This document shows, piece after piece, positions 1 through 8,904 of a stretch of 61,688 nucleotides of DNA. The DNA comes from a virus (lineage: Duplodnaviria; Caudoviricetes), in the IMG/VR virus record IMGVR_UViG_3300012894_000058, positions 1 to 61,688 of that record, one strand, 5' to 3'. A program made the translations under genes and the position numbers. Under the pieces are notes generated by a model that saw only the letters and a list, made by a program, of their open reading frames with translations, did no database searches and was not told the DNA's origin. How positions within the stretch are numbered: the stretch's first letter is position 1; every line of letters begins with the position of its first letter.

Positions 1-176
1 AGGTCTCGCAGGTTGTTACGCACCACGAAGTCACCCCCCTGGTCCATGAACGCCTGCACGGGGGCCTGCACCGCCTTGCCAGCGCGGCTCAGGGTCATGC
101 GCAGATTCTTGCCGGTCAAGTCCGGGTTCTGTTCGCTGCCTTTCAACCAAACAGAACACGCGCTCGCAGCCTGAGT

Positions 177-193
177 GTCAACCACTGGTTGTC
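177..193. promoter_or_regulatory. 17-bp palindrome, copy 1 (GTCAACCACTGGTTGTC)
   Basis: One mismatch to GTCAACCANTGGTTGAC; intergenic. Confidence 0.6.
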
Positions 194-258
194 ATACCGA
201 CTTACTCAGCTGATTCAGGAAAGTTCATCACCGGCCGCGGCCAGTTCAAATCCCTCTC

Positions 259-651
259 GTGGTCTACTTTGTTTCCATGGACGATCTGCCGATGACTCGC
301 GCTGAGGGCTTCCCTGTTCAAGGCCAGCTCACCACTGGCGAGGTGGTGACCGGCCTGCTGATCCTGCGGTACGACCGTCAGCAGATTGACGGCTTCCCCT
401 ACCCGGTCGGGGCGGGCATGACCCGCCGCTGTGAGCTGACCATCGAAGGCATGATGCCAGAGCGGCCCCTCCCCTTCACAGCCATGGTCATCTCCGCCCG
501 TCTCGGTGAGCGGATGCAGATCGACGTCACACCCCAGACGGTCAGCCCGAGTGCGACCTCCTGGACCTGTGAGGGTCCCTATGAGCTGGTGCAGCGCTGG
601 AGGCTCCCTGGTGCAGGCCTGGGCATTCAGGATCTCCCGGATAACCGCTGA
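259..651 (+). CDS. Hypothetical protein
   Basis: 130-aa ORF co-directional with the next two genes; start may be ATG 277. Confidence 0.55.
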   Translation: MVYFVSMDDLPMTRAEGFPVQGQLTTGEVVTGLLILRYDRQQIDGFPYPVGAGMTRRCELTIEGMMPERPLPFTAMVISARLGERMQIDVTPQTVSPSATSWTCEGPYELVQRWRLPGAGLGIQDLPDNR

Positions 652-685
652 TCTCTCTAACCTCCGCTCGCTAGGATAAGCACCG

Positions 686-1129
686 ATGCCGCGGACCGAA
701 AAAAGCACCCAGGCCCAGCAATTGCTCCTGACCGCCCTGCGGTCCACGCCCGGTTTGGGCATGACGGAAGGCGCCTTGCGGCGGATGACCGATCTGAACC
801 CCTCAATTTTTCAGGAGGCGATGCACCTCCTGATTGAGACACAGCGGGTGGCAGTCAGCCAGCGAAATGGGCGCCAGACCCAAACCGAGTATCACTTGGT
901 ACAGCGGCAAGAGGTGCGGGAAGTAAAGGACGGGCCGCTCAGCCCTGTGGCAATGACGGTGCTCGAGCGACTGAACACCCGGGCCGAAGGTGCCAGGGCC
1001 CTGTCCAAAGCGCTCGACATTGATTTGAGTTGGGTGCAGCAAGTCTTGGATGAACTGGAGGCGGCCGGTCAGGTCAGTCGCAGCCAGGTAGGGATGCTGG
1101 TCATTTACCGGGGCATTGGGCTCAAGTGA
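686..1129 (+). CDS. Probable tandem winged-helix DNA-binding protein
   Basis: Two wHTH-like units (e.g. ARALSKALDIDLSWVQQVLDELEAAGQVSR); GTGA overlap with next gene. Confidence 0.65.
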   Translation: MPRTEKSTQAQQLLLTALRSTPGLGMTEGALRRMTDLNPSIFQEAMHLLIETQRVAVSQRNGRQTQTEYHLVQRQEVREVKDGPLSPVAMTVLERLNTRAEGARALSKALDIDLSWVQQVLDELEAAGQVSRSQVGMLVIYRGIGLK

Positions 1130-1404
1130 ACCAGATGTACTGGACGATTCCGGAGGCAGTGGACCTATTAGCGGAAGCCCACTGGGTTGATCTGGGCGGG
1201 CAGGGACTCGACCCGGATCCTGTGACGCTCGAAGCCCTGATCCGAGCTCTGGCCTTTCGACCAGAGGTGCTTGAAGAGGTCCGGCAGGCCTGGGAAGAGG
1301 AACTGCTTCTTTCGGAATGGTCACAGGAACGCCGAGACCAGGCCCGGTATTGGCTGGATGCTGTCATGGTCGGGAGAATGGCGGATCCAGACGGGAGTTA
1401 TTGA
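1126..1404 (+). CDS. Hypothetical protein, paralogue of 4946-5215
   Basis: Shared MYWT..EA.D.LAE...VDLGG, PDPVT.EAL.RAL and RDQARYWLDAV. Confidence 0.75.
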   Translation: MNQMYWTIPEAVDLLAEAHWVDLGGQGLDPDPVTLEALIRALAFRPEVLEEVRQAWEEELLLSEWSQERRDQARYWLDAVMVGRMADPDGSY

Positions 1405-1470
1405 GGCGCTTGAGTAAGTATCTCAGCGTAGAGAGCTCCATTTGATCCAGCACCCCTCAACCGTATAAAC

Positions 1471-1487
1471 GTCAACCGCTGGTTGTC
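1471..1487. promoter_or_regulatory. 17-bp palindrome, copy 2 (GTCAACCGCTGGTTGTC)
   Basis: Two mismatches to consensus; followed by ATAC as in copy 1. Confidence 0.5.
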
Positions 1488-1599
1488 ATACTGTAACTGC
1501 TCAGCGCGTAACCTCTCGTTTATTCGCTGAGTAGTCACGACTGATTATCGAGGCTCAGTTGCTGAGGAAGTAGAGTTGGTGGTGGCTATTTGTCCTACT

Positions 1600-1878
1600 T
1601 CACTGCCGGACAGCATCGTTTTTCGACATAATTTTAAATCGTCCCGTATTATAATTAATTTGGATAACCCAATACTTCTTGCTTGTATCCATAATTTCCG
1701 CAGTAGTCCTTAAATCATTTCTTAAGTCAATAACTTTATTTAAAACCCTACCAGAGAATATGTATTCATCCTCTCCCTCTACTTTCTCTTCATAGGGAAC
1801 ATCCGACACATGGTATTCGATAGTTCTACCGAATTTATCAATAAATTTACTAATGTAGGTGATTGTTTGGTTGCTCAT
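1600..1878 (-). CDS. AT-rich hypothetical protein (moron)
   Basis: 92 aa from ATG 1878 (MSNQTITY); composition differs from flanks. Confidence 0.6.
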   Translation of the reverse strand: MSNQTITYISKFIDKFGRTIEYHVSDVPYEEKVEGEDEYIFSGRVLNKVIDLRNDLRTTAEIMDTSKKYWVIQINYNTGRFKIMSKNDAVRQ

Positions 1879-1966
1879 TTTAGCGGTCCCATTATCGTTT
1901 TCAGAGTGTACTGTCCATTTGCGAGAATGAGGCGCGTCACGTGCTGAACTGTCACGACATACCGGA

Positions 1967-2194
1967 TTACTCGGCTGATTTCTGTTGTGCACCTTCAAGT
2001 TGCACTTGAACACGGCTCCGCCTGATCAACTCAATCTGCTCAGGGTTCAGGGCATCGCCGGACATGCGCACAAGCTCGTCGGTGCTGATCAGGCCCTGCC
2101 CAGGTGCGGGAACGAACCCCTTCAGCAGAAAGGCGACCGTCTCTTCGAGGAGGGTGAGGTCGATGTCTGGAGCTGGAAGGTATCGGAGTTTCAT
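1967..2194 (-). CDS. Hypothetical protein
   Basis: 75 aa; ATGA overlap with the upstream HTH pseudogene. Confidence 0.6.
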   Translation of the reverse strand: MKLRYLPAPDIDLTLLEETVAFLLKGFVPAPGQGLISTDELVRMSGDALNPEQIELIRRSRVQVQLEGAQQKSAE

Positions 2195-2380
2195 TGTTGG
2201 ATCTTAGGCCGCAGCACGATCTCCATGCCGAGGCTATCGAGAAGAGTCTCGATCTAGTCGAGAGGAATACGGATGCGCCCTGAGAGGGCCTGAGTCACGG
2301 TCGGCTGCTTCATCTGGAAGCGCTCGGCCAATCGGTTCTGAAATCCCCTGGGCTGCTCTGCTGCCAGTTTTCTGATGGCG
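2191..2380 (-). pseudogene. XRE-type HTH pseudogene
   Basis: Reads IRKLAAEQPRGFQNRLAERFQMKQPTVTQALSGRIRIPLD*IETLLDSLGMEIVLRPKIQQ*; in-frame TAG at 2254-2256, no clear start; resembles the HTH at 27993. Confidence 0.6.
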
Positions 2381-2400
2381 AAGATAGGACAGGGAAATAA

Positions 2401-2449
2401 TAAGTGAACTTCACGGCAGCTTTGACGAAGCTGCCGTGAAGTTCACTTA
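2401..2449. terminator. Perfect 22-bp inverted repeat, likely terminator of the metallopeptidase gene
   Basis: TAAGTGAACTTCACGGCAGCTT-TGACG-AAGCTGCCGTGAAGTTCACTTA. Confidence 0.7.
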
Positions 2450-2477
2450 CATTTTATATTTTATTCGCTAGTTGGGA

Positions 2478-4595
2478 TTAGTTACCAATTCTTCCTTCTG
2501 ATACTCCATGCGTCAAGAAATGAACAGCAATATCAAAGTTGCTGAAATTTCTCAAGTCATTATATCTATTGCGATAGCTATTGGGATTAAAAGCAGCCGA
2601 AGGAGATCTACCTTCATAAATTCCGTTAGTCAAGTAGTGATAAACAAGGTCCTTATTAGAAAATGAAGCTAGATCGGAGTTGTGGGAACGATAGTAATTA
2701 ACGTCAAAGAAATTATTTGCAGATCTGCCTTCATTAATACCAGTCGAAAGATAATGTAGAAGTCTATCTTTCTTACTCATGTTGATGAGGTCGGGCGAAT
2801 TTGCAGAATAGATACTATCATTGTAAATAAAGCTTGCGACTCTACCCTCATTAACACCGTAAAGAGCGTAGTGCCGAGCTCTTTGACTCAGGCTGATACC
2901 CAAAAGATCAGGACTTGTTTCTGAGTAGATAGCCTGATCATAGGCGATACTGCCTCTTCGAGACTCATTGATACCACTATCGAAGTAATGATTGAATTGC
3001 TGATTGACTGTTAATGAAGCTAAATCTATTTCACGCTGAGACCCTCTATATATTCTAGGATCAAAAATTAAGCTTGCTACTCTGCCCTCGTTAATACCGG
3101 AGTCACGGTAGTGATTCGCCATATTGATATAAGACATATTTGCCAAGTCGCTATTCATTGCTTTATAGGTTTTAGGATCAAACATCAAACTTGCCATAAG
3201 GCCTGAAAATAATCCGTTGGTAGCATAAGAGACAAATAATTCGCTGTCAGATCCCGAGAGATTATTTTGATTTCTGTAGATGTCAGGATTAAAGAAAATT
3301 GATGCATTACGTCCCACGTTCACTCCAGTATCGTGAAAATGGGTCAGCAACGCTTGATTTGAATAAGAGCTTACGTCTGAATAGTGTGACTTATAGTAGG
3401 ACGGATCAAAAAAAGGAGCACTAAAAATAGGACTTGAAGCATTTGGTACACTTACGGGATAAAGGGTATGCATTCCATCTGAAATATCATTAGGACTAAA
3501 AGTAGTATATAATCCTAAGAAGTCGTCACTTATAGTGCCTATATAGTCTCTACCAGCAACAAATGATGAAGAAGGGTGTTTAATGTTTACTTGAGCGTAT
3601 TTACTGTAATTCATGAGACTGTTATAATCAAATGGACCGAATGAACGTGACATATTACACAGCTTATTATAATTAAACACCCCGGTAACTAGAGATGATG
3701 CCGAACTGTAGTAGTCGTAACTGCTAGTAACGAAATTATCCCGATCGCATCGCTGGTGCTCATGCATGAGACCGGCTGCATGACCTAATTCATGAAGCAC
3801 AACATTGGTTTGCTGATACACCCCGCTTGCAATAGACATAGAAGGAAGCCCCAATGCTCTTACTCTGCTTTGATCTACATATCCAGGAGCGGTTACTCCC
3901 CCTCTATAATTAGGTATAAAACCTGTTGCTATTCTCATCGTGGTTCCAGATGGATTTGTACCGTTGATCAGAACAGGCATATAACCGGTTGCGATATTAA
4001 ATTGTCTTACAGCCTCTTCAAAGTAGCTTTTCTGGCTTGTAGTAACTGTTGAGTCATAATCGAAATATATTCTCGCTCCAGGCCATGCAGCCTCTTGGTA
4101 TCCATGAAAAAAGCAGAAAATACCACAACTGAAGCCGTCTTTAGCAACATTGGCCTGCGCTGTTATACCGCTAGTGGTTTGATTATCTCTAAGGTACTGT
4201 GAATAGCGCGCAACCAGTCCAGGCATATCCTGAGTCGATGTTAATGGAAGGTCATCGTCAATTAGTGCGTACCCATTTACATTGCTATAAGAAATTCTCT
4301 CCTTATTCGCGAAAGTTAGAGTTACATAGTCTGCATCTTTCATTGTCTGAGCCACGGCAGGTTTGATTGTGGCAGACAAGGTTGTAGTTTCCATAGCGTT
4401 ATTTCGGTAGGTGGTATACGTTTGCGAGGGTCCCGTAAGACTCGCTTCCACATCAATCAACACCGGCGTATTGGCATTGAGAGACTTAATCTTTGATGCG
4501 CTGGGCGGAGTGACGCCGCTTTCAGGAGCACCGCAGGCGGCGAGTAAGAGGGTGAGAGATAAGCCAGACCACCGCAAAATTTTCATTTTATTCAT
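2478..4595 (-). CDS. Lipoprotein with astacin-like (M12A) zinc metallopeptidase domain and eight C-terminal repeats
   Basis: Lipobox LAAC; HELGHAAGLMHEHQRCDRD; Met-turn YNSLMNY; repeats FDP..Y...NSDL...HY...G..EGR; AT-rich; start 4601, 4595 or 4586. Confidence 0.85.
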   Translation of the reverse strand: MNKMKILRWSGLSLTLLLAACGAPESGVTPPSASKIKSLNANTPVLIDVEASLTGPSQTYTTYRNNAMETTTLSATIKPAVAQTMKDADYVTLTFANKERISYSNVNGYALIDDDLPLTSTQDMPGLVARYSQYLRDNQTTSGITAQANVAKDGFSCGIFCFFHGYQEAAWPGARIYFDYDSTVTTSQKSYFEEAVRQFNIATGYMPVLINGTNPSGTTMRIATGFIPNYRGGVTAPGYVDQSRVRALGLPSMSIASGVYQQTNVVLHELGHAAGLMHEHQRCDRDNFVTSSYDYYSSASSLVTGVFNYNKLCNMSRSFGPFDYNSLMNYSKYAQVNIKHPSSSFVAGRDYIGTISDDFLGLYTTFSPNDISDGMHTLYPVSVPNASSPIFSAPFFDPSYYKSHYSDVSSYSNQALLTHFHDTGVNVGRNASIFFNPDIYRNQNNLSGSDSELFVSYATNGLFSGLMASLMFDPKTYKAMNSDLANMSYINMANHYRDSGINEGRVASLIFDPRIYRGSQREIDLASLTVNQQFNHYFDSGINESRRGSIAYDQAIYSETSPDLLGISLSQRARHYALYGVNEGRVASFIYNDSIYSANSPDLINMSKKDRLLHYLSTGINEGRSANNFFDVNYYRSHNSDLASFSNKDLVYHYLTNGIYEGRSPSAAFNPNSYRNRYNDLRNFSNFDIAVHFLTHGVSEGRIGN

Positions 4596-4773
4596 GCTCA
4601 TCCAATATAAATCACAGGGGACACGCCCGGGTCCACATATGTGTCGTGTGTGCATTTTGGACGGGACACTGATGGCTGCCAGCTGTGCGAGGGGTGTCGA
4701 CAAGGTCACCTCGGAGATGGCGTTCGATTTCCTGGCTGATAGTGTCGAGGCCAAGCTAAACTGACCCGAAACG

Positions 4774-4816
4774 AAACCCCCCCGGCACACCGCACTGAGC
4801 GGGGCCGGGGGTTTTG
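4774..4816. terminator. Probable intrinsic terminator
   Basis: AAACCCCCCCGGC...GCCGGGGGTTTT. Confidence 0.55.
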
Positions 4817-4945
4817 CTGCTCTATCCTGCTGGCTATGACCCACCGCGCTGAAGTCGTCCTGCTGGCGCTTGTTGAACAAAGTCACCGGGCGGCCTGTGC
4901 CTGGCACGAGGGCGTGGAGCGCTGGTACCGGGTCCTGGTCGCCCG

Positions 4946-5215
4946 ATGAGCCGGATGTATTGGACAGTGTCAGAAGCGGCAGATGTGCTGGCTGAGGTGT
5001 ACCTAGTGGATCTGGGGGGACACAGCTTCACAGCCCCGGACCCGGTGACCTTCGAAGCCTTGGCGCGAGCCCTTGACGCTCAGCCAGAGATACTCGAACA
5101 AGTCTGGCAAGCCTGGGACGCTCAACAGATCAAAGCTGGCTGGTCAGAGAGACACCGGGACCAGGCGCGGTACTGGCTCGATGCGGTGGTGATCGGGGGG
5201 CTACCAACAGACTGA
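4946..5215 (+). CDS. Hypothetical protein, paralogue of 1126-1404
   Basis: Full-length similarity to 1126-1404. Confidence 0.75.
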   Translation: MSRMYWTVSEAADVLAEVYLVDLGGHSFTAPDPVTFEALARALDAQPEILEQVWQAWDAQQIKAGWSERHRDQARYWLDAVVIGGLPTD

Positions 5216-5273
5216 AGGCCCGGTGCGACTCATGAAAACTAACTAAACAGGCTTTATGAGTTTTATATGTCAG

Positions 5274-5289
5274 TGTGAGATTGTTCACA
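5274..5289. promoter_or_regulatory. Perfect CRP-family box
   Basis: TGTGA-GATTGT-TCACA, about 30 bp before ATG 5319. Confidence 0.6.
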
Positions 5290-5318
5290 CTGGCATTTTT
5301 TCGTTCCTGGAGGGAAGG

Positions 5319-6557
5319 ATGAAACGAGTACTCGCAGCAGTTCTGGGGGCAAGTCTCCTACTGGCAGGATGTGGGCAATCCAGCACACCTGCCGCTACGT
5401 CGACCACCGGTCCATACGCCGATGGGGTGGATCACAGCTGGACCGCCTCGATCGCCGAAGGTCAGCGCATCTACAGCGCTCTGTCGCAGGGGTTGAAGTC
5501 CCAAGACTTCAACATCGGCCTGTCCATCACTGCCACCAACGGCTACGGCCCGATCGAACTCAACACCAGCAACGGGGAGTATCTCGCAGGAGACGGCCAC
5601 CCGATCACCCTGAACGGCCAGGTCTATTCCACTGGGCTCGGGGTGCATGCCAACAGTGAGATCCACATTCACGCGACGAACCTGCAGACGCCCCTCTGCA
5701 CCCGGTTCCAGGCCGACATCGGCGTGGATGACGAAGTAGGCAACAATGGCAGCGTGGTCTTCCAGGTGTTTGCGGACAACGTGCAGGTGTTCGACTCCGG
5801 CGTCATGACCGGAACGAGCGGCACCCAACATATCAACGTACCAATCGGGCACAAGAGTGACTTGCGCCTTGTCGTATCTGACGCTAATGACAACTCTTTC
5901 TATGACCATGCCGACTGGGCTGGCGCTACCTTAAGCTGCGCCAAGCCTGTCACTGCTTATCAGCTCCCTACGATCAGCAGCGTGACTGGCAATTATCAGA
6001 ATCGCAATTACACCGATCAGGGCATCACCTTGTCACCTACCACTGTCACCATGACTGGCAATAACCTGCAGAACGCTACTGTTACTTTTGGAACCTTCGG
6101 CGAGGGAACCCAAGTCGAGGTAACTCCGGATGGTACCCAGCTCTCCGTCATTGCCCCACTCGCTCGCAACCTTGTTCCAATGGTTGTCGCCACGCCGTTG
6201 GGCAAGGTCAATGCTGGGACGTTCTATGACGGCTACGGCGAGTTCAGAGGGCAAGTGCATTTGCTGAGCCTGGGAGTATTGCCCTATGGACCCGCTGCCG
6301 GAGGGGCGGCAGTTACGCTCAAGTTTGTTGGAGACCCGAACTTTTCTGGAGCACCACAGGAGCCTTTCGACGTCTATGACGTCTACTTCGGTGACAAGAA
6401 GTCTCCATTTGTCTCCCGGTCTTCCGACGGCACGATGATCGCCATTGCACCTCCAGGGACTGGGCAGGTTGACGTGACCGCCCGTTGCCCCATTTCCTCG
6501 TGCTACACCCTGAATGCCGGAATCACAGAAGCTCTGCCTTATACATACGACCGCTGA
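5319..6557 (+). CDS. Lipoprotein with NPCBM/NEW2 domain and probable IPT/TIG-like domains
   Basis: Lipobox LAGC; GLGVHANSEI, F.ADIGVDDE.G..GSVVFQV, DHADWAGA; GGAGGG RBS. Confidence 0.85.
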   Translation: MKRVLAAVLGASLLLAGCGQSSTPAATSTTGPYADGVDHSWTASIAEGQRIYSALSQGLKSQDFNIGLSITATNGYGPIELNTSNGEYLAGDGHPITLNGQVYSTGLGVHANSEIHIHATNLQTPLCTRFQADIGVDDEVGNNGSVVFQVFADNVQVFDSGVMTGTSGTQHINVPIGHKSDLRLVVSDANDNSFYDHADWAGATLSCAKPVTAYQLPTISSVTGNYQNRNYTDQGITLSPTTVTMTGNNLQNATVTFGTFGEGTQVEVTPDGTQLSVIAPLARNLVPMVVATPLGKVNAGTFYDGYGEFRGQVHLLSLGVLPYGPAAGGAAVTLKFVGDPNFSGAPQEPFDVYDVYFGDKKSPFVSRSSDGTMIAIAPPGTGQVDVTARCPISSCYTLNAGITEALPYTYDR

Positions 6558-6565
6558 GAACACAA

Positions 6566-6609
6566 GAACGCCCCCGCCCGCGCTGAGAAGCGTCTGGGCG
6601 GGGGCGTTC
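6566..6609. terminator. Hairpin between convergent genes
   Basis: GAACGCCCCCGCCC...GGGCGGGGGCGTTC. Confidence 0.65.
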
Positions 6610-6628
6610 ATTTGGCGCGAGTTGTCCG

Positions 6629-7012
6629 TTACCTGGTGCCGCTGATCTTCACCTTGGCACCATCGGCTCGATCTGCTTCCAAGGTGCTCGAGGTGTATCC
6701 GGTGACGTAGATCACCCGCTTCTCGGTAACCGGCACCGTACCGAAGTTGCACAGTACGCCAGTCGACTCAGGTGCGCAGCGGGTGTCCTGCAGGCGCAGC
6801 TTCGGGCCTTTCAAGTGCACCACGGTGTTGACCGTCCCGGTCTTGCCGGGCAGATAGGTGAGGGTGATGCAGGTAGCCGTCTCAGTCGAGAGGCACGAAG
6901 GGGTCTGCGAGACAGTCAGGGTCGCACCACCCGGATCGGGGGGCAACACGACCGGCCCGGCCAGCAAGGTGCAGGACGCCAGGATCAACGGCAGCAGCAG
7001 CAGGCGCTTCAC
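6629..7012 (-). CDS. Small lipoprotein at end of lysis cassette (o-spanin candidate)
   Basis: MKRLLLLPLILASC lipobox; 4-bp overlap with upstream membrane gene. Confidence 0.7.
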   Translation of the reverse strand: MKRLLLLPLILASCTLLAGPVVLPPDPGGATLTVSQTPSCLSTETATCITLTYLPGKTGTVNTVVHLKGPKLRLQDTRCAPESTGVLCNFGTVPVTEKRVIYVTGYTSSTLEADRADGAKVKISGTR

Positions 7013-7752
7013 TTCACACCCTCCCCGCTCGGCAGTTCCGGCGCGTTGACGACCGGGGGTGTGACCGGGACCGGGAACAGCTCACGGTACACGCTCTCGA
7101 TCAGGCCCTCGATACTGCCGCTCGCCAGCAGCGGCGCGAGGCTAGCCGCCACAGCGGGCGGCGCGAACTGCTGCACGGCGAAGCGCAGCGTGACGGCGAC
7201 CACTTCGGCCCGGTCGGCACCCACGAAAACGCCCGCCAGCTGGTTGGCCGCCGGGATCACATCCTTGGCGAGACCCAACAGAGTCACGGCGTTGAGGTTA
7301 TTTCCGAGCGCCTGCACGTCCGCCTTGAGCTTCGGCAGCCAGGTGTCGACCCAGGTGCCGAGTGCGGCGGACTGGCCGGGAGTGGCGGGGGTGGAGCCGA
7401 GGGAAAGTGCACCGGACAGCAGGGTCATGAGGGTCAACATGTCGGGATCCTTTGGAACGGGCGCGGCCTCCACGGGGGCCGGGAGGGAGGCGGGCGCGGG
7501 GTCGGCGGCAGGCATAGCCGGAGTGGGCACCACGTTGTCAGGCTGAACAGGCGCGGGCTGACCGGGCAGGAGGATGGTGCTGTCGGCAGAACGAATGCCC
7601 CACCCGCCAAGCGCGGCCAGCGCGGCATAGGTTTCGTTCGGGAATGTCGGTAGGCGGAAGTGCGTCGCAGCAGCGTTCCAGATGGCAACGATGATGACTC
7701 CGACAACGGCCCAGAACGTCTTGCTCTGCCAGATGGACTTGTACTTGACCAT
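7009..7752 (-). CDS. Membrane protein with holin-like N-terminus, Pro-rich linker and helical C-terminal domain
   Basis: KSIWQSKTFW plus hydrophobic segments; directly after endolysin. Confidence 0.7.
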   Translation of the reverse strand: MVKYKSIWQSKTFWAVVGVIIVAIWNAAATHFRLPTFPNETYAALAALGGWGIRSADSTILLPGQPAPVQPDNVVPTPAMPAADPAPASLPAPVEAAPVPKDPDMLTLMTLLSGALSLGSTPATPGQSAALGTWVDTWLPKLKADVQALGNNLNAVTLLGLAKDVIPAANQLAGVFVGADRAEVVAVTLRFAVQQFAPPAVAASLAPLLASGSIEGLIESVYRELFPVPVTPPVVNAPELPSGEGVK

Positions 7753-7819
7753 GCGTGTCTCCAGGCATGAGGGCGGCCCGCCTGAACAAGCACGGGCCTG
7801 GGTTGGGTTGTCGACCTGC

Positions 7820-8449
7820 TCAGCTCAGCAGCGGCAGCAGGCGGCGGTAAGTGGCGAGCATCCCGTCGAGGTCGAGCATGGCCGGGCCGTTTACTGCTCG
7901 GCGCGTGCCAGAGATGTTGCCCGCCCGCGCCAGCTGGTCGGCACTGCTCATGCGCGTCCAGTACGCGCACGCCGCCAGACAACTCACGCCGATCTGCTCG
8001 ATCAGCTCCGGAGTGGAGCGCAGCGGCTGGCCGATCAGCTTGCCCGTGTGCTGGTAGTTCACCTCACCGGTGGTCTGGATATACCCGCCGCCCCGATACC
8101 GCCAGCCGTCGCCACTCGCTACGTCACCATTCCCGAGCTTTCCCGCGTACACCAGATTGGCGAGTCCTTCGGGGTTGCCCAGGTACGGGCCCGTCGGGTA
8201 CTTGCCACCGCGCCTCGGGTCGAACTTACTCGGGAATACCGCCATGAGCCGTGCCGTCGTCGTGTAGTACAGCCCTTCGCGCTTCGGGACGATGCCACTC
8301 TCGACTTGCAGGTTGGCGAGTAGTGCGGCCACCGAGTGTGGATCAGTAATGCCGAACTGCTCGAGCGCCCAGGTCATCTTGGTGGCGGTCAGTTCGGCCG
8401 TCGGGTGTCGGCTATTCGCCGTCACGATCATCTGGCGGGTGATCTTCAT
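7820..8449 (-). CDS. Endolysin, glycoside hydrolase family 19
   Basis: ESG...E.L.Y, LANLVY...LGNGD..SGDGWRYRGGGYIQTTG..NY, AVNG; start MKITRQ. Confidence 0.9.
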   Translation of the reverse strand: MKITRQMIVTANSRHPTAELTATKMTWALEQFGITDPHSVAALLANLQVESGIVPKREGLYYTTTARLMAVFPSKFDPRRGGKYPTGPYLGNPEGLANLVYAGKLGNGDVASGDGWRYRGGGYIQTTGEVNYQHTGKLIGQPLRSTPELIEQIGVSCLAACAYWTRMSSADQLARAGNISGTRRAVNGPAMLDLDGMLATYRRLLPLLS

Positions 8450-8904
8450 GGCGCGTCTCCTGGCTGCCAATCTGGTTGACGCAGGACGATTCGAATTGCG
8501 ATCAGCGCGATACCGAGCAAGCTCAGCGCGAAGCCGAGCGTCAGTGGCTCGTGCGTGATGCGTATATCTCCCAGGCGCAGGCAAATGCCAGCCGCTGCCC
8601 CGAGCATGCCCAGGTAGGCCAGCCAGTGGGCCGTCCTGACCAGCACCAACGCATAGGTCAGCAGCGCGATCACTGTCACGCGCGCCAGGATCCCTGCTTG
8701 CCAGTCTCCGATCACGACGCCACTGTAATCGGCCATTACACCCGGGATACTCTGCTGACCCCAGAGCAGCGCGGCCAGGATCAGCGTCGTCAACCCGTGC
8801 CAGAAGTTGAAGCGCGGCGGCTGGAGCGGGCTGTGGGCCCGAGTAAAGCGGCGCAGGCGGTCTTCAGACGTGGGGAGGGCTTTGGTTGCCATCGGAATCA
8901 CCAT
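8446..8904 (-). CDS. Multi-pass membrane protein, holin/antiholin candidate
   Basis: About four hydrophobic segments; overlaps the endolysin start. Confidence 0.65.
   Translation of the reverse strand: MVIPMATKALPTSEDRLRRFTRAHSPLQPPRFNFWHGLTTLILAALLWGQQSIPGVMADYSGVVIGDWQAGILARVTVIALLTYALVLVRTAHWLAYLGMLGAAAGICLRLGDIRITHEPLTLGFALSLLGIALIAIRIVLRQPDWQPGDAP

Noticed and set aside
1-146. Partial minus-strand ORF (…MTLSRAGKAVQAPVQAFMDQGGDFVVRNNLRD)
   Set aside because: Truncated by the window; no recognisable motif, so not called
1-6600. attL site
   Set aside because: attR is outside the window and serine integrase cores are too short to identify
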